Both the position numbers and the translations under genes were made by a program. The notes under the pieces were generated by a model that did not search any database, had not been told where the DNA came from, and was given only the letters and a program-made list of their open reading frames with translations. Positions 32,209-32,797 of a DNA stretch of 32,797 nt are shown here, one piece after another. The DNA comes from Octopus bimaculoides (taxonomy: Eukaryota): NCBI RefSeq assembly GCF_001194135.2, contig NC_068990.1, positions 77,683,075 to 77,715,871 of the forward strand. The letters run 5' to 3'. Every line of letters starts with the position of its first letter. The first letter of the stretch is position 1.

Positions 32209-32399
32209 CAGGGTGGCCAAAAAGTAGGTTTACAGTTATCACGTAGGCACTTTATTACATTTAAGTTTCTATCTTACAATTAACTAAATTAGCATAGAAT
32301 AATGGTTTCATATTTTTGTATAATTAAGATCTAAACTGTAGATATATGAATGCGAAAGAGAGAGTTGAATTACTGTAAACCTACTTTTGGGCCACCCTG
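32209..32399. mobile_element. Tc1/mariner-type MITE, 191 bp
   Basis: 28-bp TIRs CAGGGTGGCCAAAAAGTAGGTTTACAGT / ACTGTAAACCTACTTTTGGGCCACCCTG, inserted in a (TA)n run; left TA intact, right flank CA. Confidence 0.9.
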
Positions 32400-32426
32400 C
32401 ATATATATGTATATATNNNNNNNNNN

Positions 32427-32470
<44 letters not shown>

Positions 32471-32551
32471 AGGTTGAAAAGGAACACACGAGTTGATATG
32501 TATGGAAAAAAAGTCAAGGTAGAAAATGCTAAAATAATTTTATAAAAAACA

Positions 32552-32593
32552 TTTCAGTACCGGTTTCAGTCATTGAGACTTCTTCAACTGTAA
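32552..32593 (-). ncRNA. Type I minimal hammerhead-ribozyme-like motif (U3 variant)
   Basis: Minus strand TTACAG-TTGAAGA-AGTC-TCAAT-GACT-GAAA-CCGG-TA-CTGAAA: stem I 5 of 6 pairs, 4-bp stem II, palindromic ACCGGT stem III, UA site. Confidence 0.55.
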
Positions 32594-32739
32594 GAATGGA
32601 AAACAATTGAACTTTGGAAAAATCCAATTCAATTTTCTTTTAATTTTTCCAAGAGTGAGTCGAGATATTGCATCGAAATGTACATAGGTCATTAAACAAG
32701 ATTTTACGATGGATGGCGTTATAGCTCTTATTTAAATTG

Positions 32740-32788
<49 letters not shown>

Positions 32789-32797
32789 TGTATGTAT

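Overview
AT-rich eukaryotic genomic DNA from a gapped short-read scaffold, not a prokaryotic locus: no rRNA, true tRNA gene, CRISPR or operon is supportable. The tRNA-derived SINE families and dense (AC)n/(AT)n/(TATG)n microsatellites point to an octopus (inference from recalled repeat families). Firm calls: a dead CR1-group LINE reverse transcriptase fragment (3883-5470), a full-length decayed mariner with TIRs and TA target duplication (12095-13383), two MITEs, and about 20 SINE copies or fragments from at least four families, including a head-to-tail array of four. Long ORFs in the supplied track that contain X or IY/CV/HT runs are gap or microsatellite artefacts. The best host-gene signal is a short signal-peptide-like exon (16868-16931). 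The most interesting signal is five type I minimal hammerhead-ribozyme-like motifs in three unrelated repeat contexts (615-900, 25073-25110, 32552-32593). They keep core and stem pairing despite different stem sequences, and most have the palindromic stem III of dimer-cleaving Penelope-associated hammerheads. Also notable: a stem-loop-preserving 3' tail shared by the LINE and a SINE family, and two near-perfect pre-miRNA-sized hairpins. All structures were folded by eye; none was computed or searched.
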